From positions 192,001-256,000 of the forward strand of contig CAVYSY010000033.1 of NCBI GenBank assembly GCA_963771175.1: a stretch of 64,000 bases of DNA, written 5' to 3'. This document shows positions 45,281 through 56,575 of this stretch, one piece after another. Origin of the DNA: an uncultured delta proteobacterium. GTDB lineage: Bacteria > Myxococcota > Myxococcia > Myxococcales > Myxococcaceae. Each line of letters begins with the position of its first letter. Positions within the stretch are counted from its first letter, which is position 1. A model generated the notes under the pieces. That model was not told the origin of the DNA. It searched no databases and was given only the letters and a program-made list of their open reading frames with translations. The translations under genes and the position numbers were made by a program.

Positions 45281-47376
45281 TCACGCTCCGGCGAGCAGGG
45301 GCGAACGGACTCCGGATGAGACAACCCAGAGCTGGTGGGAGGTCCGGGTGATGGCGATGTGCAGCCGGCGACGCGCCTCGTCATTCGCCGGGTAGGCCCG
45401 CGCCGTCGCGTCCGGGATGACGACGTAGTCGAACTCCAGTCCCTTCACGTTGTCCACGTCCGTCACGTCCACGCCCGGCTCGAACGCGAACTCCCCCTCC
45501 AGCACGAGCCGCGCCCAGGACATGTCCGCGACGACCCGGTGGAAGGCCCGGGCCTGCTCGGGACCGCTGGCGATGACGGCGACGGAGGCGTGAGGCTCCC
45601 GCTCGAGCAGGTCGCGCAGGGCCTCGCCGATGAACAGGTGGGCCTGGGCCTCGTCCGGAAAGTGGTGCAGCCCCACGGGCGCCCCCTCCCGGCCCGCCTG
45701 GGGCGCCGCGGTGGAAACCTGGGTCCCCAGCACCTTGCGCGCGAGCTCCGTCACCGGCCTCGGGCACCGGTAGGACACCTGGAGCCGGCAGGTGGCCGCG
45801 TCGCGGATACCGAGCTCCGCGAGCACCGCGGGCCAACCCGAGAAGCTCGTCGTGGTCTGCTGCATCTCGTCGCCCGCGATCGTGCAGCTCCGCGCCTCGC
45901 CGAGCAGCCTGCCCACCACGAACAGCTCGAAGAGGGAGAAGTCCTCGGCCTCGTCCAGCACGACGTGCACCAACCGTCCCACGGCGCCCAGGTTCCCCCC
46001 TGGGACCGGAGGAACAGCAGGAGCGGGAGGTCCTCGAGGTCCAGGGTGCCGGCCAGCTCGTCGGGCGTGTCGCTCTCCAGGGACTTCCCATCGAGCGTCT
46101 GGAGCCGGTCGGGGTCCACCCCGTCGAGCTCGCGCGCGAGCGGCGTGGCGATCTGCAGCATCGTATGCCGCACCGTCTCGTCGACCGCCGTGAGCGGCAG
46201 GTCCCCTTGCGAGTAGGAGACGACGCTCTCCAGGAAGCGCCGGTCGGTGAAGATCTCCGCGAGCCGCTTGCGCAGGCGCGGCAGGGTCGTCGCGGATGAG
46301 GGAAGCACCCCCACCCGGGCCGCGAGCGCCCGGCGCAGGGCCGGGTGACGCTTGAGCTTCGAGACGAGGGGCGGCGTGTCCTCCCACAGCTTGATGCCCT
46401 TGGCGCCGAACGCGACGCGCGCGGTCGTGGACGCCCACGCATCGAGCGTCTCCACGGACACCTTCCCCAGGCCGAGCGGCGCGAGCAGCCGCCGGGAGAG
46501 CCTCGCCAGCCCCTCCTCGGGGACGATGACCTTCATCCTGGACTCGGGGTAGCGGGCGTGGTCGTCGAAGGCGATCTTCGCGAGCCGGTGGAGGGCCACC
46601 GTCGTCTTCCCGCTGCCCGCGCTCCCCAGCACGAGCAGCGGCTGGTCCGCGTTCGCGCTGACGGCCTCGAACTGCTCGGCGTCCAGCAGCGCGGTCACGT
46701 CGAGCGCCCCCTCGCGCCGGGAAGCCCCCTCCCCCACTCCGAGCTGGCCCGGGCGCACCGCCGTCCCCGTTCCGCCGGCGAGCCGACCGGGGCCCACGCT
46801 CCGCCAGGCGCCCTCGGGAGTGCGCGTGAGGAGGAGCGGGCCAGCCTGGATGCGGACCAACACCCCGCGCTCGATGACGACCAACCGCCGCACCTCGACG
46901 GTGCCCTCGGACAGCCGCTCACCGAACCACTCCTCGTACGCGTCTCCCTCCCCGTAGCGGTAGAAGACGCGAGCCACCGGGGCGAAACGCCAGTCGATGA
47001 CACGGACATCGGCGGAAGCATCCGCGAAGCTGGTCCGGCCCAGCAGGTAGTCCCGGATGCCGGCGGGCCCGTTCAGGCGCAGGTGCGCGAAATACGGGGC
47101 ACTGGCCTCCGGGAGCGTGGTCGTCTCCTGTCGCTCCAAGAGGGCCCGTGCCTGGTTCATCTGGTGGAGCAGGTGGGGCAGGTCGGCCACGGGCGCGGTC
47201 GCCGCCTCATCCCGCAGCACCTGCAACTGGGCGACGAGCCCCTGCGACTCCTGGGTGCGATTGGCGCCCCGGCGTCGCGCGGCCTCCAGCGAGGCGTGGA
47301 CGCGGTCGAGGAGCGCCTCCTCCTCCGCGATGATGGCCCTCGCCTCCGCGGGGAGTTCTCCAACGGGGTTGCTCAT
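45281..47376 (-). CDS. helD: HelD/UvrD-like SF1 ATPase (indel near 46000)
   Basis: PYFAHL, IDWRFAPVARVFY, GSAGSGKTTVALHR, LDEAEDFS, AGDEMQ, SYR, VKGLEFD, AITR; RBS GGAGGAG. Confidence 0.78.
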
Positions 47377-47571
47377 GACGGGCTCAGCCTCTCCTCCGGA
47401 CTCGGAGTGGAATGCAGGAGTCCCTGACGTACACGGGGACGACGCATCCCGTGAAGATAAAGAGGCAGCCGACTCCGCGCTGGCTGCCCCGACGTATTTC
47501 AGCGGACGTCCGTTGCCGGACGGAAGCCGCGGGCCTCGGTGGAGTAGTATCCCGCGCCGGGAGTTCACTGC

Positions 47572-49242
47572 ATGAAGAAGGCGTTTTCACTCGGGTTGCT
47601 GCTCACCCTCCTGCCCCTCGAGGCCGGGGCGCAGACAGGCAAGTACCCGTCTACCGGGAGTTGTGACGGGCTGCCCCGCATCGACGTCTCGACCCCTCGG
47701 GGTGTCTGCGTCGGCGTGGTCGCCGATGGGTTCCGGTTTCCCCGCACGGTGACTCCTCTCGCGGATGGCAGCCTCATCGTGGTCGACATGGGCGGCTGGG
47801 TCCCCAAGCGAGGCTCGCTCTGGCGCCTGTCGCCGGATGCCTCCACCCATACCTATGTGAAGCGCAAGGTGCTCGAGCGCCTCGATCGTCCGCATGGCGC
47901 GGCCATCGGCCCGGATGGGTTGCTGTACATCGGGGAACTCTCCCGGGTGTTCCGCTTCAACCCCGATGCGGCCGATCCCTCCGCCACGGTGGAGACCGTC
48001 GTCGCGGATCTCCCCATGGATGGGCGCCATCCGCTGACGGCCATCGTCTTCGACAAGCAGGGCTACCTGTACGTCAATCGCGGCTCCGCCTCGGACAACT
48101 GCGAGACCACCAAGGGGTACCGCCCCGCCAACGGCCGCTTCTGCCCCGAGGCGGAGGGCCACTCCGCCCGAGGCGTCATCCGGCGCTACACCCTGACCGG
48201 CCCGAACCGCACGGCCACGAAGTGGAGCAACTACGCCGTCGGCCTGCGCAACTCGATGGCCATGGCCATCCATCCCGAGTCGGGGCTGTTCGTTCAGGGC
48301 GAGAACTCCCGAGACTCCATCAACAGGTTGAACAGGAGCCTCGACGATCGCACCCTGCCTCACGAGGAGCTCAACATCATCACCCCGTGGCAGGACTACG
48401 GGTGGCCCTATTGCTACGACGACAACAAGGCCAGCCCCGAGTTCAAGAGCTTCGACTGCTCGCGCATGCGCAAACCCGCGCTGCGGCTTCCCGCCCACGT
48501 CGCGCCGCTGGGCATGGCGTACTACACCGGCGGCATGTTCCCGGACTGGTACAAGGGGAAGCTGCTCATGACCTGGCACGGGTATCGGGACTTCGGCCAG
48601 AAGCTCGTCGCCATTCCCACCGATGCCGTCGGCAAGCCCGTGGGCGAGCCCCTGGAGGTCATCAACGGCTGGTACAGGAAGGGCTCCCAGCCCATCGGCG
48701 CGCCCGTGGGTGTGAGCGTGGGCAAGGACGGCTCCATCTTCCTCGCCGAGGACAAGAACGGCACCGTGCTGCGCGTGTTCTTCGATCCCTCCAAGGGTAA
48801 CGGCATCCCCACCCCGGGCCTGACCGTCAATCCTGGCAACGACCCTGGCCAGGAGGCGCGCTGCCAGGAGCTCGCCACGCGTGATGACTCGTTCTCCCGG
48901 ATTCAACGCGACATCATCGACCCGCTCTGCACGAGCTGCCACGGCGCCGCGGGTGGCAACGCCGGCAGCCTTCGCCTCGCGCGCTGTGATGACATCGGCA
49001 ACGCGCAGCGGCTGCTGGCCCCCCGCGCCGGGCGCTCGCCCTTCGTCGTCCCCGGGAGCCTCAAGAGCGAGCTCTACCTGCGCATCGAGGGGACGACGCC
49101 AGGACTGCCTCCCATGCCCGCCGGTGGGTTGAGCCCCGAGCAGCTAGGCGAGGTGGCGGGATGGATCAACGAGGGCGCGCCCGTGCCCGTTGCCCGGACG
49201 CCCGGAGCGAACATGCCAGTGGCCACCGACAGCACTCCGTGA
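47572..49242 (+). CDS. PQQ-dependent sugar/sorbosone dehydrogenase family protein with C-terminal cytochrome c
   Basis: Signal peptide; GLRNS, EELN, DYGWPYCY, AHVAPLG; CTSCH..MP. Confidence 0.85.
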   Translation: MKKAFSLGLLLTLLPLEAGAQTGKYPSTGSCDGLPRIDVSTPRGVCVGVVADGFRFPRTVTPLADGSLIVVDMGGWVPKRGSLWRLSPDASTHTYVKRKVLERLDRPHGAAIGPDGLLYIGELSRVFRFNPDAADPSATVETVVADLPMDGRHPLTAIVFDKQGYLYVNRGSASDNCETTKGYRPANGRFCPEAEGHSARGVIRRYTLTGPNRTATKWSNYAVGLRNSMAMAIHPESGLFVQGENSRDSINRLNRSLDDRTLPHEELNIITPWQDYGWPYCYDDNKASPEFKSFDCSRMRKPALRLPAHVAPLGMAYYTGGMFPDWYKGKLLMTWHGYRDFGQKLVAIPTDAVGKPVGEPLEVINGWYRKGSQPIGAPVGVSVGKDGSIFLAEDKNGTVLRVFFDPSKGNGIPTPGLTVNPGNDPGQEARCQELATRDDSFSRIQRDIIDPLCTSCHGAAGGNAGSLRLARCDDIGNAQRLLAPRAGRSPFVVPGSLKSELYLRIEGTTPGLPPMPAGGLSPEQLGEVAGWINEGAPVPVARTPGANMPVATDSTP

Positions 49243-49265
49243 GGGCCCACTGTCACCGGGTAGTC

Positions 49266-49715
49266 TCAACGCGGCCACCTCCACGGGTACACCGGATACG
49301 CGCCGGGCTGACAGTCCGAGAGCAGGCCGTAGGCCAGGCTCGGGCTGCAGAGTTGGAGGATGTCCCGCGTGTCCAGGAAGGTCTCGTCGTGCGCGTGCTG
49401 GTAGCAGGAAACCGGCGCGGTCGACATCGCGCAGCGGCAGAGGTCGATGGCCTCCTCGGTGGACAGGAACGTGCCGGGGAGCTGACTGGCCGCGTAGCAC
49501 TCGGCGGGGGCCGTGGATATCGCGCCCTGGCAGAGCCATAACGCCTGGTCCGAGGTGAGCGACACCTCGCGCTCCGCCTGCTGGTAGCAGGCCAGCGCCC
49601 CCTGGCCCCCCTGCTGGGCCACCGCGCTCGACGCCCCCAACAGCACGCCCGCCATCACGAGCACCGCGCCGCCCTGCCTCCTGGCCCTGACGCCTCCGCC
49701 GTGTGTCCCCCACAT
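49266..49715 (-). CDS. Exported protein with three Cys-containing repeats
   Basis: Signal ending AVA; repeats CY..L....A..LC..A.STAP. Confidence 0.7.
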   Translation of the reverse strand: MWGTHGGGVRARRQGGAVLVMAGVLLGASSAVAQQGGQGALACYQQAEREVSLTSDQALWLCQGAISTAPAECYAASQLPGTFLSTEEAIDLCRCAMSTAPVSCYQHAHDETFLDTRDILQLCSPSLAYGLLSDCQPGAYPVYPWRWPR

Positions 49716-49884
49716 GCCGTGTTCCTCTCGCCCCGTCTCACTCAATATGGAGCGCACCCGGGAGGGCGCAAGGCAATGGAACCAGGAGGGGCCCTACCTT
49801 CATTCTGGCGTCCGAGCGCCGCACGAGGTGGGATGGGCGAGCCGCAATCCTTCCGGGAATCGGGACCTGGTCCCAGGTGGTGCC

Positions 49885-50772
49885 ATGCGAACGCTGCTCT
49901 CCTCGATCCTCGCCCTCACGCTCATCACCTTGCCGTGCGGCTGCCGGCGACCGTCCGGGTCCGCCTCCGGAGCCGACGCGGGCACCCCGCGCGCCCCGGC
50001 GGCCCCCGAGGAGACCGTGACGGTGAAGGGCTCGGACACCATGGTCCTGCTGGGCCAGCGCTGGGCCGAGCGCTTCATGGAGCAGCACCCGAGCGCGAAG
50101 CTCCAGGTGACGGGCGGCGGCTCGGGCACGGGCATCGCGGCGCTCATCAACGGCACCACGGACATCGCCATGTCCAGCCGGCCCATCAAGGACGCCGAGA
50201 CCCAGCAGATGCGGCAGCGCAACCCCAACGGCCCGGTGGAAATCACCGTGGCCCGGGATGGCATCACCTTCTATGTCCACGAGACCAACCCGGTGGAGGT
50301 CCTCACCCTCGCGCAGCTCCAGGGCATCTACCTGGGGGACATCACCAACTGGAAGGACGTGGGCGGCAAGGACGCGCCCATCGTCGTCTACTCGCGGGAG
50401 AACTCCTCGGGCACCTACGTCTTCGTGAAGGACGAGGTGCTCGGAGGCGAGGACTTCACCGTGCGTGCCCAGACGCTGCCCGGGACGGCGGCGGTGGTGC
50501 ACGCGGTGGCCAAGGAGAAGAACGGCATCGGCTACGGCGGCGCCGCCTTCGCCAAGGGCATCCGGGAGCTGAAGGTGAAGAAGGACGCGCAATCGGAGGC
50601 CATTCCCCCCACGGAGGACAACATCCGGAGCGGCCGCTATCCGCTGGCGCGCAGCCTCTTCTTCTACCTGCCCCGGGAGGCCACCGGCGCCACCCAGGCC
50701 TTCATCGACTACGCTCTGTCGCCCGAGGGACAGAGGATCGTCACCGACGTGGGCTACTTCCCGGTGAAGTAG
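49885..50772 (+). CDS. pstS: Phosphate ABC substrate-binding lipoprotein
   Basis: GSDTM, GGGSGTG, DIAMSSR, SRENSSGT, YPLARSLF. Confidence 0.9.
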   Translation: MRTLLSSILALTLITLPCGCRRPSGSASGADAGTPRAPAAPEETVTVKGSDTMVLLGQRWAERFMEQHPSAKLQVTGGGSGTGIAALINGTTDIAMSSRPIKDAETQQMRQRNPNGPVEITVARDGITFYVHETNPVEVLTLAQLQGIYLGDITNWKDVGGKDAPIVVYSRENSSGTYVFVKDEVLGGEDFTVRAQTLPGTAAVVHAVAKEKNGIGYGGAAFAKGIRELKVKKDAQSEAIPPTEDNIRSGRYPLARSLFFYLPREATGATQAFIDYALSPEGQRIVTDVGYFPVK

Positions 50773-50820
50773 TCTCCGAGCCGCTGGCACGGGCGGCCCG
50801 GGATTGCGTAGGCTGGATGC

Positions 50821-51093
50821 ATGATTCAGGGCTCGGGCCGCTGCCACTACCACCCGGAGCGCACCGGGCTCGGCATCTGCGTGGAGTGCCGCCGCGTCAT
50901 CTGCCGCGAGTGCACCACACAGTTCGAGGGCATCAACCGGTGCGCCAACTGCCTCGAGAAGCGTCTGAAGGCGCTCGAGGGGCCGTCGGAGCGCCGCGAA
51001 TGGAGCGTGGGTAACGTGCTGCTGGCCCTCATCGGTGCCGTCATGGTGTACGGCGGCGTCCTGCTGCTCGCCAGCATGGCATCGGAGCTCTGA
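50821..51093 (+). CDS. B-box-like zinc-finger protein with C-terminal TM
   Basis: CHYHP..CVEC..ICREC..CANC then hydrophobic helix. Confidence 0.78.
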   Translation: MIQGSGRCHYHPERTGLGICVECRRVICRECTTQFEGINRCANCLEKRLKALEGPSERREWSVGNVLLALIGAVMVYGGVLLLASMASEL

Positions 51094-51094
51094 G

Positions 51095-52954
51095 ATGGCC
51101 GTCTCCGCGCTCGAACTTCGCCCCCGGGGGGCTGTGGCCATCCTGGACGCCGGCCTGCGCGTGTGCGTGCGCAGCTCCGGCGTCTGGGCCCTCACCCTGC
51201 CCGGCGGGGCGCTCGTCACCGCCGCCCTGCTGCACCTGACGGACGCGGTCACCCATCACCGCGACCTCGGCCTGCCCGCGCTCCTGTTCACCCTGGCCTG
51301 GCTGGCCCGCGGCATCTTCCAGGGCGCCGCCTGCCACCATGTGCAGGAGCTGCTGCTCGGCAAGAGCGCGGGAGAGCCCACCGCCTGGGCCTCGCTGCGC
51401 GCCGCGCTCGCCCGCACGCCCAGCCTCCTGTCCGCCGTGGCGTACCTCTTCATCTTCAACCTGCTGTCGCTCAGCATCACGCTGGGCTTCGCCTTCTTCT
51501 TCCTGTCCGCGCACCTGGTGGGCTACGCCGCCACCATGCAGGGCAAGGGCAGTCCCCTGGGCTTGTATGGGGTGTGCTCGCGGATGCTCGGCCCGGCGCG
51601 AGCCAGCGCCATCGGGGTGCGCTGGCTGCTGCAGGTGCAGTTCCTGGTCTTCCTCAACCTCCACATCGGGGCAAATGCCCTGCTCTATATCGGCCGCAAG
51701 CTGCTCGGGATCGACCTCACCTTCGTCGAGCGCTTCGCCTCGATCGACAACGCGCCCTGGGTCGTCTTCCTGGTGGCCGCCACCTTCACCCTCTTCGAGC
51801 CCCTGCGCGCCGCCACGTCCACGCTGCTCCTGGTGGACGGGCGGGTGCGCCAGGAGGGGTTGGATCTCCTCGCCGCGGTCCAGCAGCTCCCCGGCCGGAA
51901 GGTGGCGAAGGCGGCGCTCGTCCTGTTCGCCGTGCTGGGCTCCTTCCTGGTGGCCCCTCCGGCCCGGGCGCAGGAGGCCGAGGCGTCCATGTCTCCCATC
52001 GGCATGGAGCAGCGCCTGGTGAATCTGGCCGAGGCCTGTGAGCTGGAGGCCTCGGAGGCGGAGCCCTGGAAGAAGACACTCGCCTCGCTGAGCACGGCCG
52101 AGGCCCAGAAGTTCCAGCGGCTCGTGCGCGACGTGGAGAAGGGCGTGTACGAGGACGAGGACTGCGGGGCCATCAACCGGCTCGAGCAGGGCGTCACCCT
52201 GGCGAGCCAGACCACGGAGCTGGAGAGGTCTCAGGCTGACGCGCGAGCGGCCCAGGCGAGTGCCCGGGACATCCTCTCCCGGCCCGAGTTCCAGGTGCCG
52301 GAGCCCGGGGACGAGAAGCAGGACCCCACGGCCGAGGAGGAGCTGGGCCCGTGGGAGCGCTTCCTGAAGTGGTTGGGAGAATGGCTCGCCGAGCTGTTCA
52401 AGCGCTCGGATCCGGAGCCGATGCGGATGCCCAACGCGGGAGCTGGCGGCCAGGCCTTGGCCAACATGCTGGTGGTGGTCCTCATCGCCGGGGTGCTGGT
52501 GGTGCTCGTGCTGGTGCTGCTGCGGGCGCTCCGCAAGGACGCGAAGGATGGCGAGGGCGGAGGGCTCGAGGTGAGCACGCAGGACGCGGCGTCGCTGGCG
52601 GCGGACCCGACGAACGCCCTCTCCCGCCCGCCCGAGGGCTGGGCCCACCTCGCCGACGAATTGGCCGCCCGGGGCGAGTACCGCGAGGCGGTGCGCAGCC
52701 TGTACCTCGCCCTGCTCTCCCGCCTGCACCGCGAGGGCGTCATCCACTACGACACCGCGCTGAGCAACTGGGACTACCTGCGCCAGTTCAAGGGCCGCCG
52801 CGAGTGGCTGCCCCCCTTCCGCGAGCTGACACGGCGCTTCGACTTCGCCTGGTACGGCAACCTGCCGGTGGGCGTGGAGGGCTACCGCGACTTCCGCACG
52901 CTGTGCGCCCCCATGCTGGCCACTCCCGCGACCCAGGAGGCCTCCGGTGCGTGA
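51095..52954 (+). CDS. Multi-TM protein with C-terminal DUF4129
   Basis: RVRQEGLDL; GEYREAVRSLY..SNWDYL..FDFAWYG. Confidence 0.82.
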   Translation: MAVSALELRPRGAVAILDAGLRVCVRSSGVWALTLPGGALVTAALLHLTDAVTHHRDLGLPALLFTLAWLARGIFQGAACHHVQELLLGKSAGEPTAWASLRAALARTPSLLSAVAYLFIFNLLSLSITLGFAFFFLSAHLVGYAATMQGKGSPLGLYGVCSRMLGPARASAIGVRWLLQVQFLVFLNLHIGANALLYIGRKLLGIDLTFVERFASIDNAPWVVFLVAATFTLFEPLRAATSTLLLVDGRVRQEGLDLLAAVQQLPGRKVAKAALVLFAVLGSFLVAPPARAQEAEASMSPIGMEQRLVNLAEACELEASEAEPWKKTLASLSTAEAQKFQRLVRDVEKGVYEDEDCGAINRLEQGVTLASQTTELERSQADARAAQASARDILSRPEFQVPEPGDEKQDPTAEEELGPWERFLKWLGEWLAELFKRSDPEPMRMPNAGAGGQALANMLVVVLIAGVLVVLVLVLLRALRKDAKDGEGGGLEVSTQDAASLAADPTNALSRPPEGWAHLADELAARGEYREAVRSLYLALLSRLHREGVIHYDTALSNWDYLRQFKGRREWLPPFRELTRRFDFAWYGNLPVGVEGYRDFRTLCAPMLATPATQEASGA

Positions 52955-54241
52955 CCGTTTCCCCCTGCTCCTGGTGGGCGGACTGCTCCTCACCGGCCTG
53001 CTAGGCACGTGGCTGGTGCGCGGCGCGGCCCGGGGTGGCTTCGCCGATACGCTCTCCACCTGGCGGGCCCAGCCGGATGGTGCCCGCGGCCTCTACCTGC
53101 TGGCCGAGGAGAGTGGCCTGCCCGTCGTCCGGCGCACCGCGGACCTTCAAATCATGCAGGGCGCGGGCTCGCTGGTGCTGCTCGCCGTGGAGGTGGAGGA
53201 CGCCCGCGAGGACGACCCGGACCAGACGGCGCTCGCCACCGGGCGCGACGAGGGCCTGGAAGACGAGGACGTCCCCCGCCACGGGCTCAACAAGCTGCAC
53301 GTCCCCGAGCTCGACGAGGACGAGGCGGAGAAGCTGCTCGAGCACGTGCGGGCCGGGCACACCCTCGTCTATGTCCCCTGGGGCTCGCAGGAGAACCGGC
53401 TGCTGGACGCGCTGGGCGTGAAGCTCACCAAGGCGGACACCTCGCTGCCCATGCGCACGCTCGTGCCGCCCCTCTCCAGCCCGTACACGCTGGGTGTGGA
53501 GCGCGTGGAGGCGAAGGTGCAGGCCTACCTGCAGCTCCCCGAGGAGGGCGTGGTGCCAGTGCTGGCCGATGAGCCACTCGGCATGACGGTGGCGGCGGTG
53601 GTGCCGTACGGCGCGGGCCGGGTGCTGGTGGTGGGCGCTCCGGAGCTCGCGATGAACCAGGCGCTCGCGCGCGCGGACAACGCGCAGTTCTGGCTGAGCG
53701 CCCTGCGCGCGCTGGGCCCGGGCCCCTACGAATTCGACGAGCACCACCACGGCTTCACCAACGAGCGCTCGGTGGTGGACTTCGCCCGCCGCTACGGCCT
53801 GCACTTCGCGGTGGCGCAGCTCCTGCTGGGACTGTGCCTGTGGGCGGTGGCCCTCAAGCGCTTCGGCCGGCCACTGCCTCCGCCCGAGTCCGTGCGCGTG
53901 GGAGCCACGGACGCCCTCTTCGCCATGAGCCGCCTGTACCGCGAGGGCCGCCACCACGCCTTCGCCGCCGGCCTCATCACCCGGGGCCTCACCCAGGAGC
54001 TGGCCCTGCACGCGGGCCTGCCCGCCCACGCTCCCGCGAAGGCCGTCGCCGAGGGACTGGCCTCGCGCGGGCGGGAGGACCTGGCCAACGGCCTGCGCGC
54101 CATCGCTCGCAACGCCGAGGCCACCTCCAGCGAGGGCGAATTGCAGCAACTGGCCTCGCGCGCCGCGGTGCTCCGCCAGCGCATCCATCCTCCGGGCCGC
54201 CCCCGAGCGCGCCCGCCGCTTCGCAACCCGAGGAGTCATGA
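52947..54241 (+). CDS. DUF4350 domain protein (probable indel near 54190)
   Basis: STWRAQPDGARGLY, YGAGRVLVV, NAQF, FDEHHHG, KRFG; alternative frame stops at ATGA overlapping the MoxR start. Confidence 0.78.
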
Positions 54242-55239
54242 CCCTGCCCACCTTCGCCCCCACCTCCCCCAACGCCACCAGCAACGCCGTGGCCGCCGCC
54301 CACGCCATCCGCGAGGGCGTGCTCGCCGAGGTGCGCAAGGCCGTCGTCGGCCAGGACGAGCCCCTGGAGTTGATGCTCGTCGGCCTGCTCGCCGGCGGCC
54401 ACGTGCTGCTGGAGGGCGTGCCCGGCGTGGCCAAGACGCTGATGGCCAAGGCGCTCGCGCGCGGCGTGAGCGCGGACTTCAAGCGCATCCAGTTCACGCC
54501 GGACCTGATGCCCGCCGACATCCTGGGCACCAGCATCTTCGACCTGAAGAGCCAGTCCTTCGTGCTGGTGCGCGGCCCGATCTTCACCGACCTGCTGCTG
54601 GCCGATGAAATCAACCGCGCGCCCGCCAAGACGCAGTCCGCGCTGCTGGAGGCCATGCAGGAGCGAGGCGTGTCGATGGAGGGCCGGAACCTGACCCTCT
54701 CGCCGCTCTTCACGGTGTTCGCCACGCAGAACCCGGTGGAGTCCGAGGGCACCTACCCGCTGCCCGAGGCGCAGCTCGACCGCTTCCTGCTGAAGATCGA
54801 GGTGGACTACCCGGCGCCCGAGGAGGAGGACGCCATCCTCGCGTCGGTGCACCGGGGCTTCGACGCGGGCGACCTGGCGCGCGCGGGCGTGACGGCGGCG
54901 GTGACGAAGGAAGGGCTGCTGTCCGCGCGGGCGGCGCTCAACGAGGTGACGGTCGAGCCCCCGGTGCTCGCGTACATCCGCAAGCTGGTGGCGGCCACGC
55001 GCACCTCCAGCCGCATCCGCCTGGGGGCGGGCCCTCGCGCGGGCGTGCACCTGCTGCTGGCCGCGAAGGCGCTGGCGGCGCTGCGAGGCCGGGGCTTCGT
55101 CACGCCGGATGACGTGCGCTTCCTCGCGGGGCCGGTGCTGAAGCACCGCCTGCTGCTGTCGCCGGACGCGGAGCTGGACGGGGCCACGCCCTCGGACGTG
55201 CTGCGCGAGGTGGTGCAGTCCGTCGAGGTCCCCCGGTGA
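54238..55239 (+). CDS. MoxR family AAA+ ATPase
   Basis: GHVLLEGVPGVAKT, RIQFTPDLMPAD, DEINRAPAKTQSALLEAM, ATQNP, EAQLDRF. Confidence 0.95.
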   Translation: MTLPTFAPTSPNATSNAVAAAHAIREGVLAEVRKAVVGQDEPLELMLVGLLAGGHVLLEGVPGVAKTLMAKALARGVSADFKRIQFTPDLMPADILGTSIFDLKSQSFVLVRGPIFTDLLLADEINRAPAKTQSALLEAMQERGVSMEGRNLTLSPLFTVFATQNPVESEGTYPLPEAQLDRFLLKIEVDYPAPEEEDAILASVHRGFDAGDLARAGVTAAVTKEGLLSARAALNEVTVEPPVLAYIRKLVAATRTSSRIRLGAGPRAGVHLLLAAKALAALRGRGFVTPDDVRFLAGPVLKHRLLLSPDAELDGATPSDVLREVVQSVEVPR

Positions 55240-56542
55240 TTCCCACCGGGCGCCTGTGGGCGCTGCTGTGCCTGCTGGCCGTGCCGATGATGGCCGCGGG
55301 ATTCTTCCCGGGCCTCGGCGCGTGGTGCTGGTGCTGGACGTGCTCGCGCTGGGGCTGGCGGCGGCGGACTTCCTGATGGTGCGCCGGGTACGCCTGGAGG
55401 TGAGCCGGAAGCTCCCGCCCCGCCTGTCCGTGGGCGTGCCCAACAAGGTGGAATTGCTGCTGGTGCACCGGGGCGGCCAGGCGGTGGACGTGCGCGTGCG
55501 CGACGACGTGCCCGAGTCCTTCACCGCCACCCCCGACGAGGCCCCGCTGCACCTGCCAGCGGACAGCCAGACGCGCTGGGTGTACCGGGTGTCGCCGTCC
55601 AAGCGGGGCAAGTTCGGGTTCGGAGACATCCACGTGCGGGTGCGCGGGCCGCTGGGGCTCGTCTTCCACGAGCGGCACTTCTCCGCGGCACAGAACGTGG
55701 CGGTGTACCCGGACCTGCGAGGCGCGAGCCGCCTGCTGCTCTCCGGCGCGGCGCTGGACCTGGTGAACCTGGGCCTGCGACAGCTGCGTCGGGACGGCCG
55801 GGGCAGCGAGTTCGCGCGCCTGCGCGACTATGCCCAGGGAGACTCGGTGCGCGAGGTGGACTGGAAGGCCACGGCGCGGCGCACGAGGCCGGTGACGCGG
55901 GTGATGGAGTCCGAGCGCTCGCAGTCCATCCTCATCTGCGTGGACGCGGGCCGCTCGATGGCGGCGCAGGTGGACGGGCTCACCAAGCTGGACCACGCCG
56001 TCAACGCGGCGCTCTTCCTGGCCTTCGTGGCGGTGCGCAACGGGGACCGGGTGGGGCTGGCGGTGTTCGCGGACGGGGTGAAGGCGTACCTGCCTCCGGC
56101 GGCGGGCCGCATGCAGTACCGGAAGATCTTCGACACGCTCTACTCCACCACGCCGAGCCTCACGTACGTGGACTACCTGGCGCTCTTCAAGGAGCTGAAC
56201 GTGCGCCTCACGCGGCGCAGCCTGCTGTGCGTGTTCACGGACTTCCTCGACGAGGAGCAGGCCTCGACCATGGTGGCGCCGCTGCACCGGCTGGCGCGGC
56301 GGCACGTGCCGCTGTGCCTCTCCGTGCGGGACACGGCGCTGGCGAAGCTGCTGCGCACCGAGCCCTCCGGCCCCGAGCAGGCCTTCCAGCAGGCCGTGGC
56401 CAGCGAGCTGCTCACGGACCGCGAGACCCTCAAGGCCAAGGTGAGCTCCGGGGGCGTGCAGATGCTCGACGTACAGCCCGACGAGCTGAGCCTCGCCGCG
56501 GTCAACCGCTACCTGGACATCAAGGCGCGCGGCGTGCTGTAG
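55236..56542 (+). CDS. DUF58 (VWA-like) protein (indel near 55320)
   Basis: GTG start MIPTGRLW..; GSEFARLRDY..VDWKATAR; DAGRSM. Confidence 0.9.
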
Positions 56543-56575
56543 GCACCGCGTCCGTGGAGTCGCTCGAGAGGGAAC

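Noticed and set aside
52947..54608. DUF4350 ORF extending about 370 nt into MoxR
   Set aside because: Tail is off-frame MoxR sequence; the alternative frame ends at the ATGA overlap at 54238-54241
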